Shown: positions 23,760 through 37,148, counted from the stretch's first letter. The stretch: 64,000 bases of DNA from Leucoraja erinacea (GCF_028641065.1 NC_073379.1:58962001-59026000); one strand, 5' to 3'. Translations and numbers: made by a program. Notes: generated by a model not told the origin, from the sequence alone.

Positions 23760-24510
23760 GGTCATCCAATAACATTATATTAACCCCATTTTCCAACACA
23801 AAGCCTGTAGCCTTCTGTGCTTTGCTGTTTCAATACCATGCTGTAGATGTTATGAGAGTTACTAGCTCCACTATCCCCTTAGGCGGTGCATTCCATATTC
23901 CAATGAGAAACCTTTTCCTAAATCTAATACCTCAACCTCAAACCGATGTCTTCTGATCATATACATCTTTGCTATGGGGTGAAGTTTTCTTACTATCTAC
24001 AATATCTATGCCTTCATAATTTTGTGTATGTTCATCAGATCTCCCCTCAGCCTTTACTGCTCCAATGAAAATAAATCTTGTTTATCCGGTCTCTCCATAC
24101 ATTTGAAACACTCCATTGCAGATAACATCTTGAGAAATTGTATCTGCACTAATTCCAGTGCAATTATATCCTTCTTATTAAGTGGTTATCAGAAATACAT
24201 GCAAGGTCCCACTATGAAACGTTGACCGTTTCTTTCCCTCCACAGATGCTGCTTGACGCACTGAGTTTCTCAATTGGTTTGTTGTTTTTGCTCCAGATTA
24301 CAGCATCTGCAAAATCTTGTGGTCTCTTGTTGTAACATAACTTCCTTGTCTTTCTGTTTGTGCCTTAACTAATGAAGGCAGGTATTCGATGTGTGTTCAC
24401 AATAATCTTTTCAACGTTCTTCTGTTGCTCAGTTCTACCATTCATTAAGTATATCCTAGCCTTGTTAGTCCTCCCAAACTGCACCAACTCACATTTTCCA
24501 AGATTTTCCT
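23760..24510 (-). mobile_element. Old CR1 fragment interrupted by a Penelope-like terminal piece (about 24205-24320)
   Basis: Degenerate CR1 3' ORF2 motifs. gaaacgttgacc...ctccacagatgctgc lies within. Confidence 0.55.
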
Positions 24511-24554
24511 TTGCTCTGAAGCCTCGTACTTGGACCACTGGTTGTTTTGTTTTG

Positions 24555-24762
24555 ATTAGTTCAGTTTAGTTTAGAGATATAGTGTGGAAACAAATCCTTC
24601 AGCCCACTGAGTTCGCACTCAGCGATTCCCGCACACTAACACTATCCTACACGCACTGGGAACAATTTATGTTTATACCAAGCCAATTAACCTACAAACC
24701 TTTGGAGTGTTGAATGAAACTGAAGATCTCAGATTCTACAGCTAAGCCACTGTACCACCCAC
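24555..24762 (-). mobile_element. tRNA-derived SINE, internally deleted
   Basis: (tttag)n tail and homology to 31358-31670. Confidence 0.75.
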
Positions 24763-27700
24763 CGGTTGGTATGTGAGTTATTTGTTTTACTAGATCTGCA
24801 TTTGGTTTTACTTGGGCTATATCTTTTTATTTTGCATTGCAAATCAAAAGATTATGTAATTTTGAAAGAGCTTTAGTTTGCTGTTATATTTCCAGCAATT
24901 TCTTTGGTAAATGTGTGTCATTGCTGTCCACTATTTTATTTAGCCATTTATACTAATTAATTATTACTGGCATGCCAATATTTATTGTCTTCCCTTGAAT
25001 GCCCGTATGAAAATGATGGTGAGATGCTTTCTTGACTCCTGAAGGACCAAAATATGCTGTTGGGGTAGATACATTGAATGACCATGATAAAAGTGATCTG
25101 TGAAAATGTTGTGCTACATCATGGGGATCTTGCAGGCAGAGGTGGTCTCATATACCTGAGGCCCTTATCCTTCTAGCAGTCGTATCCTTCAAGCAGCAGT
25201 CCAAGAGTTGCTAAAACGTGGATCAACTGAAAGGGAGTGATTTTTTTAGATTATGTAACTGAATTTGAACGGACAATTAAGGACTTAGGTTTGGATAAAA
25301 ATATAAATTATCTGTTACATGTTTAAGTTTGGAAGATGTTGCTTTGTTAAGTGTGCCATAAAAATGGCAATTACATTAATTAGTACAGAAATCCCCTGGT
25401 TTGAAGTACTGGAGGCAAAAAAGTGTTGCCTAGTCTTTGAAAAAGAATGGATTGGGCCTTTTTTATTCACAGAGGTTCTGGGCATCACTGACAAGGTCAA
25501 TAAGACCACTGCCTTGAGCCACCATGGACTGCAGTGATCTTTCTAGTGGTATTATTGTTGATTAGGATCTATCCATGATATTGTATGAATAGTCATACCT
25601 GTAGAAATAATCTGGGGTTGGTGGGGTGCAGAATTTAGGATAGAAGAGGTGAGGCTCTAGGAATGAGAGAAATTATGGAGAAGGAAGTTATAAATTGTTT
25701 GTTGGAGTTTCTTAGTTAGAAACAAAATCAATAAAGCCACTGCTTGGCTATCTGTTATATAATCTAGCAAAATCAGTCTGGCAGAGAGAGAGTGCTGGGG
25801 TTAAAGTAGTGGGACATTGTGGAGGGTTGTGAGACAAAAAGTGATGGGACATTTGCAGGTCAACAACTTTGTTAACAGTGGGGACTGACCATGATAAGTG
25901 AAGAAGGGAACTTAATAATTTGCCCACACCTCATGACTCACAGGCAATCTTATTGAAGCACTTGCCTGGGAGATTAAATATTTTTGCTTTAATTCCACTG
26001 CCAGGTTTTTCCAAGCTTAGAAGCTTACAAAGATAACAAATGAAATTGTTTAAATTTGGTACATGGAGTCTAAACAAAATGCATCAAATGCAGGTCCACC
26101 TGAAGAATGAGTCAGTTGCCATATTCCTATCCAATTTGTTAAAAGTAGCCGAGGAGCCAGCTTGAAGTTGAAGTTTATGATTTTTGAATATTTTTATCAC
26201 ACATGATTAGTTACAAGCTTCTATTTTTCAAGGCTCCAGTATTAATCTCAAGTGGTCCCAAGCCAAAGCATGGTTTAGTGCATAACAATAACTCTTCTCT
26301 GCCCATGCAATGCACTACAATCTTTGAAAAGCAGCTCCCGTTGTTTCCCTTATTCCAAAGCCAATGAACCTTGCACAAAGTCTACCATAATCAAGACTTG
26401 GTGTGTGGAAGGATGCCTGATGCATTTATGGAGCTGTTCAGACATCCTGAATATGTTCTGCTCCTTTACACATTTCTCCGGGTGTTTAATATTCTGCCCC
26501 CACACAATCCAGACCTGCCAAATGACACTCATTATGACTACTAATGCTTCATTTTCATTTAAATTTTCCTGATGCATGTCAGTCTCAAAAATAATCAGAG
26601 CTCCATGTTTAAATGGGATCCTCGTAATAGCAAATTTCACTCCTAACATTTCCCTGATGTGGAGATTTGGCATGCTTACAAATGCTGCATGTGTCCACAG
26701 TGGCAATTTTTGTTTTAACTTTAAAATAACAATGGGAGCACACCAGATGGCAGGTGGAAAACAGCAGCTGTGGAATGGGTACAAGGAAGGTTGTGACAAT
26801 CACAGTGGAAGAAAGGGGCAATTGGGAAGTGGCATTAAATATAAATAAATAAAAATGATATTAGCAAGAGAGTTCACAACATTTCATTTAGGCAAATTTA
26901 CATAAGACCCTGTATTTACAATTCAGAGCAATTTAGTATCGTTTTTCTATTTTCATTTTAGAGAAAGGGGTACCTAATGTAATTTGCATTTTTTCATCAG
27001 AGCCAAAAAACATTTTTTCGATATGAATTTGATCTAGTTATACTAAATTAAGATGAGTGTGCAGTCCTAATATGCATTTTTTTTTCATCAGCGAGGTTAC
27101 CTTATAGCAAAAGTGGTATATAGAGCTGTAGTGGTTCTGAACATTTTAGCTGCTAAGTCCCTAAAGCATCACCATAGCATAATGCAGCAGGAAAAGTATA
27201 AAATGTCAGATACAAAGGATATTCATTCTTAATGGAAAGCATTGAAAAACGAGCAAATTTAGTTGTATTTGACAAGGTGCAAAGAAGCTGCTGCAGTAGT
27301 CAAAGACTTAATAGTAAAACATGGCGCTGGAGATATAACAGTTTATTAACTGCCTGCAATTTGTAGCTCAAATTGATCACAATCAAATCCTTATTTTTTT
27401 TTAAAGAACACTGCAGTTCCAGTAGCTGATCCAACTGGCAGTATGAGAGTACAATATTACTGTACCCATGCGGAACTCAGAAGATGGATAATGGAGCAGT
27501 GAGATTTCAGATTGATCTGAACAGTAGTTAGTGGAGCACGGAGGAAAATTTATGACCTGCTCAAAGAATGTCCTCAGTATCAAGTATATCTTTGCCAACG
27601 CTGAGTGAAAATTGGGTTTTATATAATTATTCTCCTATTGCCTCGTTTCAGCTTGTTGGCTACCACAAAACAGCATATCATTTTCCTCAACAGTTTGTGT

Positions 27701-28241
27701 GTGATTTGTCACCAGAAGAATGGTTTGAGTTATTTATTCCAATTAGTTAATGAGAAGACAGTACATCGTTCCCCACACCAAGCTCAGAATATAGGGACAA
27801 ACATGGAAGTCATTGTGTTGCAGCAAAGGATCAGTGGCATAATGCGTGTGAGTTCAAGGCAGAATTCAAGCAGAGCCTGGGTTCAGCTTGGACACGTACA
27901 TGACGTCAGGCGTCAGGCAGGAGGTACGCTGGATAGTAATCATTTCTCACAACGTTCTGTGTCAACGCTGATTTTTTTATTGAACGTTGATTAGTTGCTT
28001 ACATTAACAGTAAAGTCTTTGGGAACATTGCACTGTAGTGACATTTTACTCAGTAAGTAATCGAGAGGAAAAATTGTATTAATGCAAATGCATTTTATGT
28101 CTTTTTTATTTTCTGAACATTTCAAAGTGTTGACCCCAGTGTTGTACTTTGACAGACTTTGCCCTACTAATTCAGTTGCCCAGTGCTCTACAGTAATGGA
28201 ACTTCCAATACATTTCCTTTGTGCTTTCTCATGTGTGGAAT

Positions 28242-30468
28242 TGGCACTGACGGATGAGAGGCCGAAGCAAAGAAGTCGAAGCCAAAGAGCCGAATGGAAA
28301 CGAGGTAGAATCACCAATAAACCAAAAGAGTCCAAAGACGAAACGCCTAATAACCGAAAGGATGGGACGCCTAAATGCAAATTAACCAAAAGGACGGGAC
28401 GCCTAAAAGCCAACGAACCGAATGGCTGCTCTATCAAAACGCCACCTACTCGAAAGGTGGCGTCGCCTACAAGCCAAAGGACTGATTGCCGCTCAACAGA
28501 AAAGTCCAATAACGGACATGACGTTGCCGGGGGGTGGGACTTGTCAGCGATTGGTCCAGACCCCCACGTCCATCACATCACTGTGAAGGCATGAACATTG
28601 TCCCAAACCTCTGCTCCACCCGACCCATAGCACACGGAGGGTGGACGTGGGAGAGTGGGGGCTGTCCCGAGGGATGCACACTGTCGGCCGCTTTCAACTT
28701 GGTGCTTGGGTTCAGATTGCCCAGTCACCTATGGCTTGTGTGGGAAAATGAACCCTATGCTCCCATCTCCTCCTTCTCTCTCCCCTCTTCTCTCTCTCCC
28801 CCTCTCTCTCTCCCTTCTCTATCTCCCGCTCTCTCTCTCTCCCTTCTCTCTCCTCCTCTCTCTCCCCTCTTCTCTGTCCTCCTCTCTCTCCCTGCTTCTC
28901 TCTCCCCTCTTCTCTACTCTCCTCTCTCTTCCCCTCCTCTCTCTTCCCCTCTCTCTTCCCCTCCTCTCCCTCTCCTTTCTCTCCCTCCCCCTTTCTCACT
29001 TCTCTCTCCCTTCCTTCTCTCTCACCCCTTCTCTCTCTCCCCTTTCTCTCCCCCTCTCTCTCCCCCTTCTCTCTCTCCTCCGTCTCCACCCGCGGGAGCA
29101 TCCCACAGTCACTGACCGCGATGCAACCACCATCGGACCCCAATGTCCATCCAGGGTGATTCACCCCCACAGCGGGGACAGACGTTTTATTCATTACCAT
29201 CTCGGTACTTGCAGAACGTACCCAAGCTCCCATGCACAAAACAGGCAGCATCTCTGGAGAGAAGGAATGGGCGATGTTTCGTGCCAAGACCATTCTTCAG
29301 AGTGCATCTGAAAGGTCTTGACCCGAAACGCCACACATTCCTTCTCTCCAGAGATGCTGCCTGTTCAGCAGAGTTACTCCAGCATTTTGTGTCTATCTTT
29401 GGTGTGACAGTTGTCTCATTTCATCGGCTTCATGTATTGCGCGCCCATAAGAGACGCTGGACATGCCGCTTGCATCTATTCAAACAAGTGCGCTCAAATT
29501 GAAATCCCACATCTTTGTGAGGGAAGGATGGAATGGATGTAAACACCGGCTAAAATAAAGGCCGTTAGGACAGGGAAATAATGCCACCAATTAATTAACC
29601 ATGTTCCCGAATGTAAGAACGATTTATACATGTAACATTTTTACTTTTAAGTTAATGTAGCTCTGTTTTGATTTTTAATGCGGAGTTAAAGCCCCATCTC
29701 ATCAGTGACTGTGGGACTCTTCCGCAGGTGAAGACGGAGGAGAGAGAGGGGGGAGAAAAAGGGGAGAGAGAGAAGGAAGGGAGAGAGAAGGAAGGGAGAG
29801 AGAAGGGGGGGGAGAGGAGGGGAAGAGAGAGGAGAGAGACAAGAGGGGAGAGAAGAGGGGAGAGAGAGGAGAGAGAAGGGAAAGAGAGAGGGGGGAGAGA
29901 GAGAGAATAGGGGAGAGAGAAGGGGAGACGGAAGTGTGGGTTTCATTTTCCCACACAAGCCATAGGTGACTGGGCAATCTGAACCCAAGCACCAAGTTGA
30001 AAGTGGCCGAAGGTGTGCATTCCTCGGGACAGCCCCCACTCTCCCTCGGCCACCCTCCGCGTTAATTAATTATACTGTGGGGCTGTGGGTCGGGTGGAGC
30101 GAAGGTTTGGGACAATTTTCATGCCATAACGCGGGGGTCTGGACCAATCGGACAAGTCCCAACCCCCCGGCGGCATCATGTCCGGTATTGGACTTTTCTA
30201 TTGAGCGGCAGTCCGTCCTTTGGCTTGTAGGCGCTGCCGCCTTTCGGGTAGGTGGCGTTTCGACAGAGCGGCCATTCGGTAAGTTTGCTTTTAGGCGACG
30301 CAGCTTTTCGGTTCTTTGGCTTTTACACGTCCAGCCCTTTCGGTTAGTTTGCATTTAGGCGTCCCATCCTTTCGGTTTATTGACGGTTCGGCCTCGTTTC
30401 CATTCGGCTCTTTGGCTTTGACTTCTTTGTTTCAGCTTCTTGTCTGTCGGCGCCACGTCTAGGTACCG
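28242..30468. mobile_element. Foldback-like non-autonomous element with long inverted arms
   Basis: 28242-29115 is the diverged reverse complement of 29702-30455. The outer parts are built from short repeated modules. Confidence 0.8.
29240..29400. mobile_element. Palindromic Penelope-derived element in the foldback spacer
   Basis: aggcagcatctctggagagaaggaat...attccttctctccagagatgctgcct. CTGAAGA...GAAA core on the minus strand at 29300-29277. Confidence 0.7.
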
Positions 30469-30645
30469 TGTTTTCCAGCAACCGATTCCAGTACTAATGC
30501 TAGCTTATACAGTGACAAACCTCTGTTCCCCTGTACTGTACCTCAGTGCTAAACAGTGACAAATCTGCATATCCATTTCACAACATCATTCAGAAACGTG
30601 TCTGTCTAGGTAAGGATAGAAGAGTTGTGAATTGGGAAGCTAAAG

Positions 30646-30783
30646 AAATGGGATGGGAGATTGCAACCTTCATGTGGTCCGCCCTGTTTCAATGAATGCA
30701 ATCAACCTGGCATGCACAATCAAATAAGATCAAATAGAACAAGTTGTCCTACAACTTTAGGCTGTGCACGCCATACGCAAGAA
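30646..30783 (+). mobile_element. Short 3' retroposon fragment ending ccatacgc(aag)n (Ingi/Vingi-like tail)
   Basis: 10-bp TSD GAAGCTAAAG at 30636-30645 and 30784-30793. Confidence 0.6.
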
Positions 30784-30859
30784 GAAGCTAAAGGTATAAA
30801 GGTGGAAGGGGACAGTGAGAGGGGTAAGGGAAGAAATGAGAATCAAGGTGAGGTACTGG

Positions 30860-31240
30860 AAAGAGATATGAGGGGTGGGAACCTACTAACCCACAAACAT
30901 CCCCACCCCCTCTTCCCTGTGCCTCACCTGGATTCGCTCTCATGTCTTCCCTTACCCCTCTCACTGTCCACTTCCACCTTTATTCCGTCCTTTAGCTTCA
31001 CAATTCACCCCTTTCCATAACAAGAATTGGAGATAACACGTGATGAAATTGCATACTATTTGCATTACGCAGGCCAAATTGCTTCTCACACAATTACCAT
31101 TGGGAATTAGAGAGGACGAAGAAGGACTCGACCCAAAATGCCTCCTAAAATGTTCTCAGAGAATCTGCTGGACCTGCTGAGTTACTCCAGCATTCTGTTT
31201 CCTTTTGTGTATTAATCAGCATCTGCAATTCCTTGTTTCG
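30860..31240 (+). mobile_element. Penelope-like pLTR remnant
   Basis: Homologous to 48545-48950. cgaagaaggactcgacccaaaatg...gagttactccagca. Confidence 0.55.
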
Positions 31241-31357
31241 AAAACCACTTAAATATTAATTGACAAGCAGGAAAGAAAAGGCTGTTTTGGATTTAAACAG
31301 TATTAGGTACAAACCTGTTTCCATGTAACATCCCCACAGTATCCAGACACAATTGTA

Positions 31358-31670
31358 GGTTGGCACAGTGGTGCAGCGGCAGAGTTGCTGCCTTATATCG
31401 CTAGAGACCTGGATTCCATCCTGACTACGATGCTGTCTGTGTGTAGTTTGTACGTTCTCCCCGTGACTTGCATATGTTTTCTCTGGGTAATCCAGTTTGC
31501 TCCTACTCTCCAAAGACATACAGGTTTGAAGGCTAATTGGCTTGGTAAAATTGTAAATTGTCCATAGTTGTCAGGATATTGTTAGTGCGTGGGGATCGCT
31601 GGTGGGCGCGGGCTTGGTGCGGCGATGGGCCTGTTTCCGCACTGTATCTCTAAACTAAACAAAAACTAAA
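31358..31670 (+). mobile_element. Full-length tRNA-derived SINE (HE1/V-SINE-like)
   Basis: A-box-like TGGTGCAGCGG, B-box-like GGATTCCATCC, central gtttgtacgttctccccgtgac domain and (ctaaa)n tail. Confidence 0.85.
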
Positions 31671-32619
31671 TTGTTCCCTTAACACATCTGCTACTTTAAA
31701 CATGGGCTGTCCTAGAAACTTACAAGCATTTGCTTGGATTGACACATGATATTCTATTAAACAATGCAACATACGGGCTTTAGTATTTTAAGCTCACTGT
31801 AGCCAAAAATAAACATATTGCTATTGAAAATAACTTTATTTTTAAAAATCTTGAGGGAATAATAACTGTTATTGAGAGTCTGAACCTTTCAAGCCACTAA
31901 CCCCTTTTCCTCCATTGACACAATTGCCTTTGAAACACGATCTTCCATATCATGAAGATTTGTGGGATTGCAACTATCAGGCTGTAGCAGGACTGCAATA
32001 ATTGCAAACCTGCTGACTGTGTCCAGCATTTTCTGTCTTTGTTTCAGATTTCCCGCATCTGCAGTTTTACTTTTTATTTCCACTAATTTTAGGAATGGGA
32101 ATTTATCAAATAGTCTCTCCATCACCTTTTACTTTCATTCTCTCTCTTGGTTCACCCAAAACTGAACAGATTCCAGAAGGAAAATTTCCCCTATGATTCC
32201 CTCAATCAAGTTTGTCCAATAAGACCTGCTGTTTACCATCTGCTGCTTACTGTCTCTGATTAGCCTGTGCCTTTCCAAGGATTTACTAAATTAATCTTAT
32301 GTAATAATGTCTTTAACATGCCAAGTTTCTGGCACAGTGTGAGCTCCTATTAGAAAGGTGACTGTGCCTGATGTACATTCAGAGAATGCAAATACGCTGC
32401 ATCCAGGACTGAAAATTAACTCACTATATAGTCACAGATGAGGTAAGGCTTTGAGTAATTTCCCGATTGACTGCTTCCCTCTTCATCTAATCGGGTTATT
32501 TTTGTGGCTGCCTCTCACTGCCTCTCAACGTTTGGACACTATTTCTATCCCAGATTATCTTTCGAAAACTTTTCAGAGGCTAAGACTCCTTGAATCTTAG
32601 TTGTGGAGTTATTTACCTG

Positions 32620-33150
32620 TTTACATAAGGCAATTTACAGTGGCTGAACAAGTGACCACCTATTCATATATCTTTGGGGTACGGGAGCCAAAGCACCTGA
32701 AGAAATTACCCAAAGTTAATTTCCACACAGACGACACAGGGGGTCAGGATTGAACCTGGGTCACTGAGGCTTTGAGACAGCAGCTGTGCCACAGGGTCAC
32801 CTTGCCTTGATTACTCCTCTTCAACATTGTCTATTCAGGAATGGAGATCATAGACATCCTATTTGAGTTTAGTTTAGAAATACAGCACGGAAACAGGCCC
32901 AGAGAGTCCATGACAACCATTGTTCACACTAGTCCCATGTTATCCCACTTCCTCATCTACTCCTAACACTGTTGGGACAATTTTAGAGACCAATTAATCT
33001 ACAAACAACATGTCTTTGGGAGGAAACCAGTGAACCCAGAGGAAGACCACATGGTCACAGAGAACGTGCAAACTTCACACAGAATGCAATTGAAGTCAGG
33101 ATAGAATCTGAGCCTCTAGCATTGTGAGGCAGCAGATCTATCAGCTGCCC
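32620..33150 (-). mobile_element. Two adjacent SINE copies (about 32620-32800 and 32865-33150)
   Basis: Reverse-complement homology to 31358-31670. Confidence 0.7.
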
Positions 33151-35521
33151 CTAATTATGTTTACTAATTGTTTACTATTGGATTAATAATCCTGACCTAT
33201 ATATACTACCTTGCTAACTATATCAGTGATTGGAGCCCAATGGCATCACTGACTGCGATGTATATATTTAAAGAAGGAACCTTCTTCCTGGAAGTGTCCA
33301 TCTCTGCTAAGATTGTTAACATGGCAGAAATTCCAATGAGTTTAATTGCTCCTTCTTGAATTAACCTTGTGTGGTGGGGAACAACAGATCCCAGTCTCCA
33401 CCTCCACTTATATTACACAGGTGCATGTAAGCACAGGTTCCCTATTTGATTCAAATACATAATGTGCCAGTGCTACCAAATAACCAGGGAATCGATATTT
33501 ATCCTACAAAAGTTTTGTCCTGCTTCCACTGAGTTAACGGTTTCATTTAATTTTTGCAGCAAAATAATAAGCAAGCAACAAAAAAAAATCAACGGTGCAG
33601 TTCCACCCATAGATTGCAGCTGCTCGGCAATCAGCCGCTTTGTTGGCAGGGCAGCAAGCAACAGACAGATGAAGCACTAGAACATGCAATGGTAGTTATT
33701 CTAAATGTTGCCTGGCCTCTCTGACTTTAGCATGCTGATTAAATGGCAAAATTCAGAAGGGTGCACTTTACTCTGAAATTACCAATGCAGAGTGGGAAGA
33801 CGAGTTGATGCAAAATGACATTGCAGCTGCTTGTCAAGTCCCTTTCTGGCCTGGCATGCAAACCCATAATTTAAGTCCAGTGTTTTCAGCATGTTGACAG
33901 GCCATTAGTGAGGGTTATATTCTTTGCTCATGTGATTCATATATCCTATCTCATTTATCAAATTAACTTGACTATTTTGCTAGTTAACAAATATTTAATA
34001 TTTTCTACAAAGCAATAACCTATAACCGGTCACTATTGCAGGTCCTGTCCTGCATTCACACTTTATGTGGGAAAAAAAAAAATCCACCGCCAGGATACTT
34101 TTAATTTAAATTTACAAATGGCTCTTTCATGCTTTTTTTTTCATTTTCATATTGGGGATTTACATTGTGATGTATAGGCTTATACTGGTTTAGTCATTTA
34201 CATTTGAAATGCAATGGAAAGAAAATAAGAGCAGCTATTTTGCTAAACAGGCATATGGAGATGAATACCTCATGTACATTGAGCCTCCATTTATTGTTTT
34301 CTGTGTTGTAGGTTTCTTTATAAAGTGAGGCCGATAACCTTGAATAGAGAAGCCTTTCTCCATTCCTTCAGCTAAAATAATAAATGATCACGTTAAATTC
34401 TACACGTTCCCAGATTGCAATGATTATATTTAAATAACTGTAAATGTTCTCTAAAGCTATTGATATTGTCACCAATATCAAATTAAATGAATCAATGTGA
34501 TTTTTATCCCATTGTTCAGCCCAACAAGGCTTTGGCCTTCAGTCCTCCTGTCCCTTCTTCAGATATGGTATCTTTCCTCGAAATATAGTTTTTGCACTGA
34601 CAGATAACTAATTCATCAGGATGAGGTTAGTTAACTTAAGAAATTAATGTGTTTTTTTCTGAAACTTTTATGTCAAAAATAAACATTGTTTTTTTGCACC
34701 ACAATAATGGTTTTAATCCTCTAAAGTAACGAGGGATATAAATGTCACCTAATTTAATATGGATAATGTGTGCCATGTTTCAGGCATTCCTGGTGAATGA
34801 TATTTTCCTGATTTCTTTCATGTTAACAATCAGGGTATTTGAGACTTTTGGTGTTTGATGAGTATCAACTGGATTTTTGTACACTTCATTGATGGTATGT
34901 GTGTTACAAGACAACCAATAAAATATGTAATCTTCCGTAAACCTCTGACATGTCTATGATATTGTAAGGGAATTAAGACAGCAGTGGCTCAGAGATCTTG
35001 CCCTTCCTTCACGTTTTATGAATTCTTGTAAACAACATGATGTTTTAATTCAGACTTTTCTGGGGAGCCAGGTTTTGAAGCATCCTTGTTTTTGACCTCT
35101 GAATCACAAATAGAGTCACTGCCTGAGTTCTGTGTTGATTCTAGATATATAATAGATACACCAGCTTGCTGCCATCCTGCCTGGCAAGGAAGGTTATGAA
35201 TAAATTTAGTGGTGATTGAGGAAGTACAAAGGAGGAGGGGTTTGATGGGAGCAGGAAGTGGAATCAGAGTGGGGGTGGGGGAAGTGGCAGCGAGCAGAGA
35301 AGAGAGTTGCTAACCATGAGAAGAGTGCGTAAAATATTGTGGAAATATTGGAAGAGGGAGCTCAGACACGTCATGCGGTGATCAGCAGTGGATTACAGGG
35401 TTAGCTTGATAGGTCACTTGGAAACTGTTATTTCAGCCTGCAGTGCGATTAAGGCACTGGTGCTGTGAATACAGTCCTTCTCACCACCTTTTGGTGTCTG
35501 TTTTCTTCAGTTCCAGAACAT

Positions 35522-35922
35522 AGTCTATTTCTATTTCTATTTGGTTGTTTAATCAGCAGAAATTTTAGCTGGTTTCCAACGGGAATGGTGACGGACGCAC
35601 CACACGTCTCTGTCCTCCAGTTCCTGCGGACTTCCGCCGCTGGAAGTATAGGATTTTGGTGTGTGTGTGCTTTATCATCATCCTTACAATGCTATGTACA
35701 ACAGTGATCGCAACTTCTACTGAAGTGTGGATGGTCGTTGGCTAGAAGCTCATCCACCCTTTGACAGGTCTTGTTTTTTGTCCTGCAGGGGGTCCACAGC
35801 CGCTTCCTCAACTTGCAAACCAGGTGGGGGAGACGGTTTAGTCACCGGCTGCCCGACCATGGAGCAGGTAGCACGGGATTACATGGTACCCGTGGCAGGG
35901 GGGAACTCCCCCCCCCCAACCT
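35522..35922 (-). mobile_element. Unclassified short retroposon with GC-rich head and (ctattt)n tail
   Basis: CpG-rich block in an AT-rich context with a microsatellite tail at 35522-35541. Family not identified. Confidence 0.4.
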
Positions 35923-36054
35923 GATCTGTGAACATAGTAACATTAGTTAAAAATTAATTTGTTGTTAAATGGAAACAAATAAGGTTTTATTGACTGATCT
36001 CCATTACTGTCCACACTGAGATACTGCACTCTGTAAGGAGTGAAGGAATCCTAA

Positions 36055-36377
36055 AGGGCCTGTCCCACTGTACGAGCTAATTCAAGTTCTCCCGAGTTTC
36101 CCCTGATTCGAACTCGGAGAATTACGGTAATAGTCGCTCGTAGGTACTCGGGGCTCTCGTGGACATTTTTCAACATGTTGAAAAATCTTCATGAGTCTTC
36201 ACAAGCTTATCGCATTTCCCGAGTACCTGCCATTAGCGTTACGAGCCGCTAAGAGACGTCCCGAGCTCCGACTTACCCGTTACGTGCTACGTACATTCTA
36301 CATGCTTACCACGAGTTTGATTTTTTTTTTAAACTTGGGAGAGCTCTTGAATTACCTGGTACAGTGGGACAGGCCCT
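36055..36377. mobile_element. PIF/Harbinger MITE, second subfamily
   Basis: TIR AGGGCCTGTCCCACTGTAC, flanked by TAA and TTA. Confidence 0.85.
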
Positions 36378-36811
36378 TTAAAGCATATTAAGGGATGGCT
36401 CAGTGATGGTCTTAGTCAATCTGCATTCATAATAGACACGGTAGAAAATTCATAAACCACCCATGCGCTGTTGATGCTGTGGAGAATAAATAGTTTAATC
36501 ATTATTAGCAAGATTTTGTATGTCAGACACAAAACCAGTGAGTGATCCATATATTATGCTCCCAAAATACTTGCCTGGACAGCAAAAGCAGAACCACCCT
36601 CCCGCCCACAACCTGCAAAGTAATTATAAAATCCTGTCAAACAGAAGGCACGACTCACCAAATACCAAAAATAATATGCTTCTCATGCACATTGGATGAG
36701 GCATCCACACAAAATCTATTATCTCCAAATTAAAAAAAAAATCAATCTTTCCACACAAACAAATCTCCTTTTTGTTTCCCCTGCCATTTTCTAGAATTTC
36801 AGATCACCAAC

Positions 36812-37123
36812 TTAAAGCCGCGGTCTCCGGTGGGGAAGAGCCGACTCTGGACTTACCTGGACTCGTACCTTGTCCTTACCATCTGGACGCCCGCAGCGGC
36901 GGCTGTGGAGTGTTGAGGTCCCGACCACGGGGGAAAATGGAGGAGAACTGGCCAAATTGTGTGCCTCCACTACAGTGATGAATGCTGTAGTGGATGTTTA
37001 TGTTACATTTTTATTGTGTTTTTGTGTGTGCTCTTTATCATTGTATCGCTGCTGACATATTCATTTCACTTGCACTTTTTGTGCAATGTGACAAATAAAC
37101 CGTATTGAATTATATTGTATTGA
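36812..37123 (+). mobile_element. Non-autonomous retroposon 3' part with hairpin and Rex1-like tail (copy D)
   Basis: Hairpin ccactacag/ctgtagtgg at 36967-36993. Tail atttcacttgcactttttgtgcaatgtgacaaataaa plus (tattg)n. Confidence 0.6.
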
Positions 37124-37148
37124 TAATTCCAGATGGTAAGGTTGGATC

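Noticed and set aside
23153-23772. Four overlapping 160-190 aa repetitive ORFs and a CRISPR-like 36-bp periodicity
   Set aside because: GC-rich minisatellite inside a retroposon. Units are contiguous with no unique spacers, there are no cas genes, and the context is eukaryotic.
28082-30358. Pairs of similar ORFs on opposite strands (for example TPPTRK...PTSQRTDCRS)
   Set aside because: A consequence of the inverted arms of the foldback element, with no domain signature.
31358-31430. tRNA-like A/B boxes as a tRNA gene
   Set aside because: It is the head of a multi-copy SINE and no complete cloverleaf is visible.
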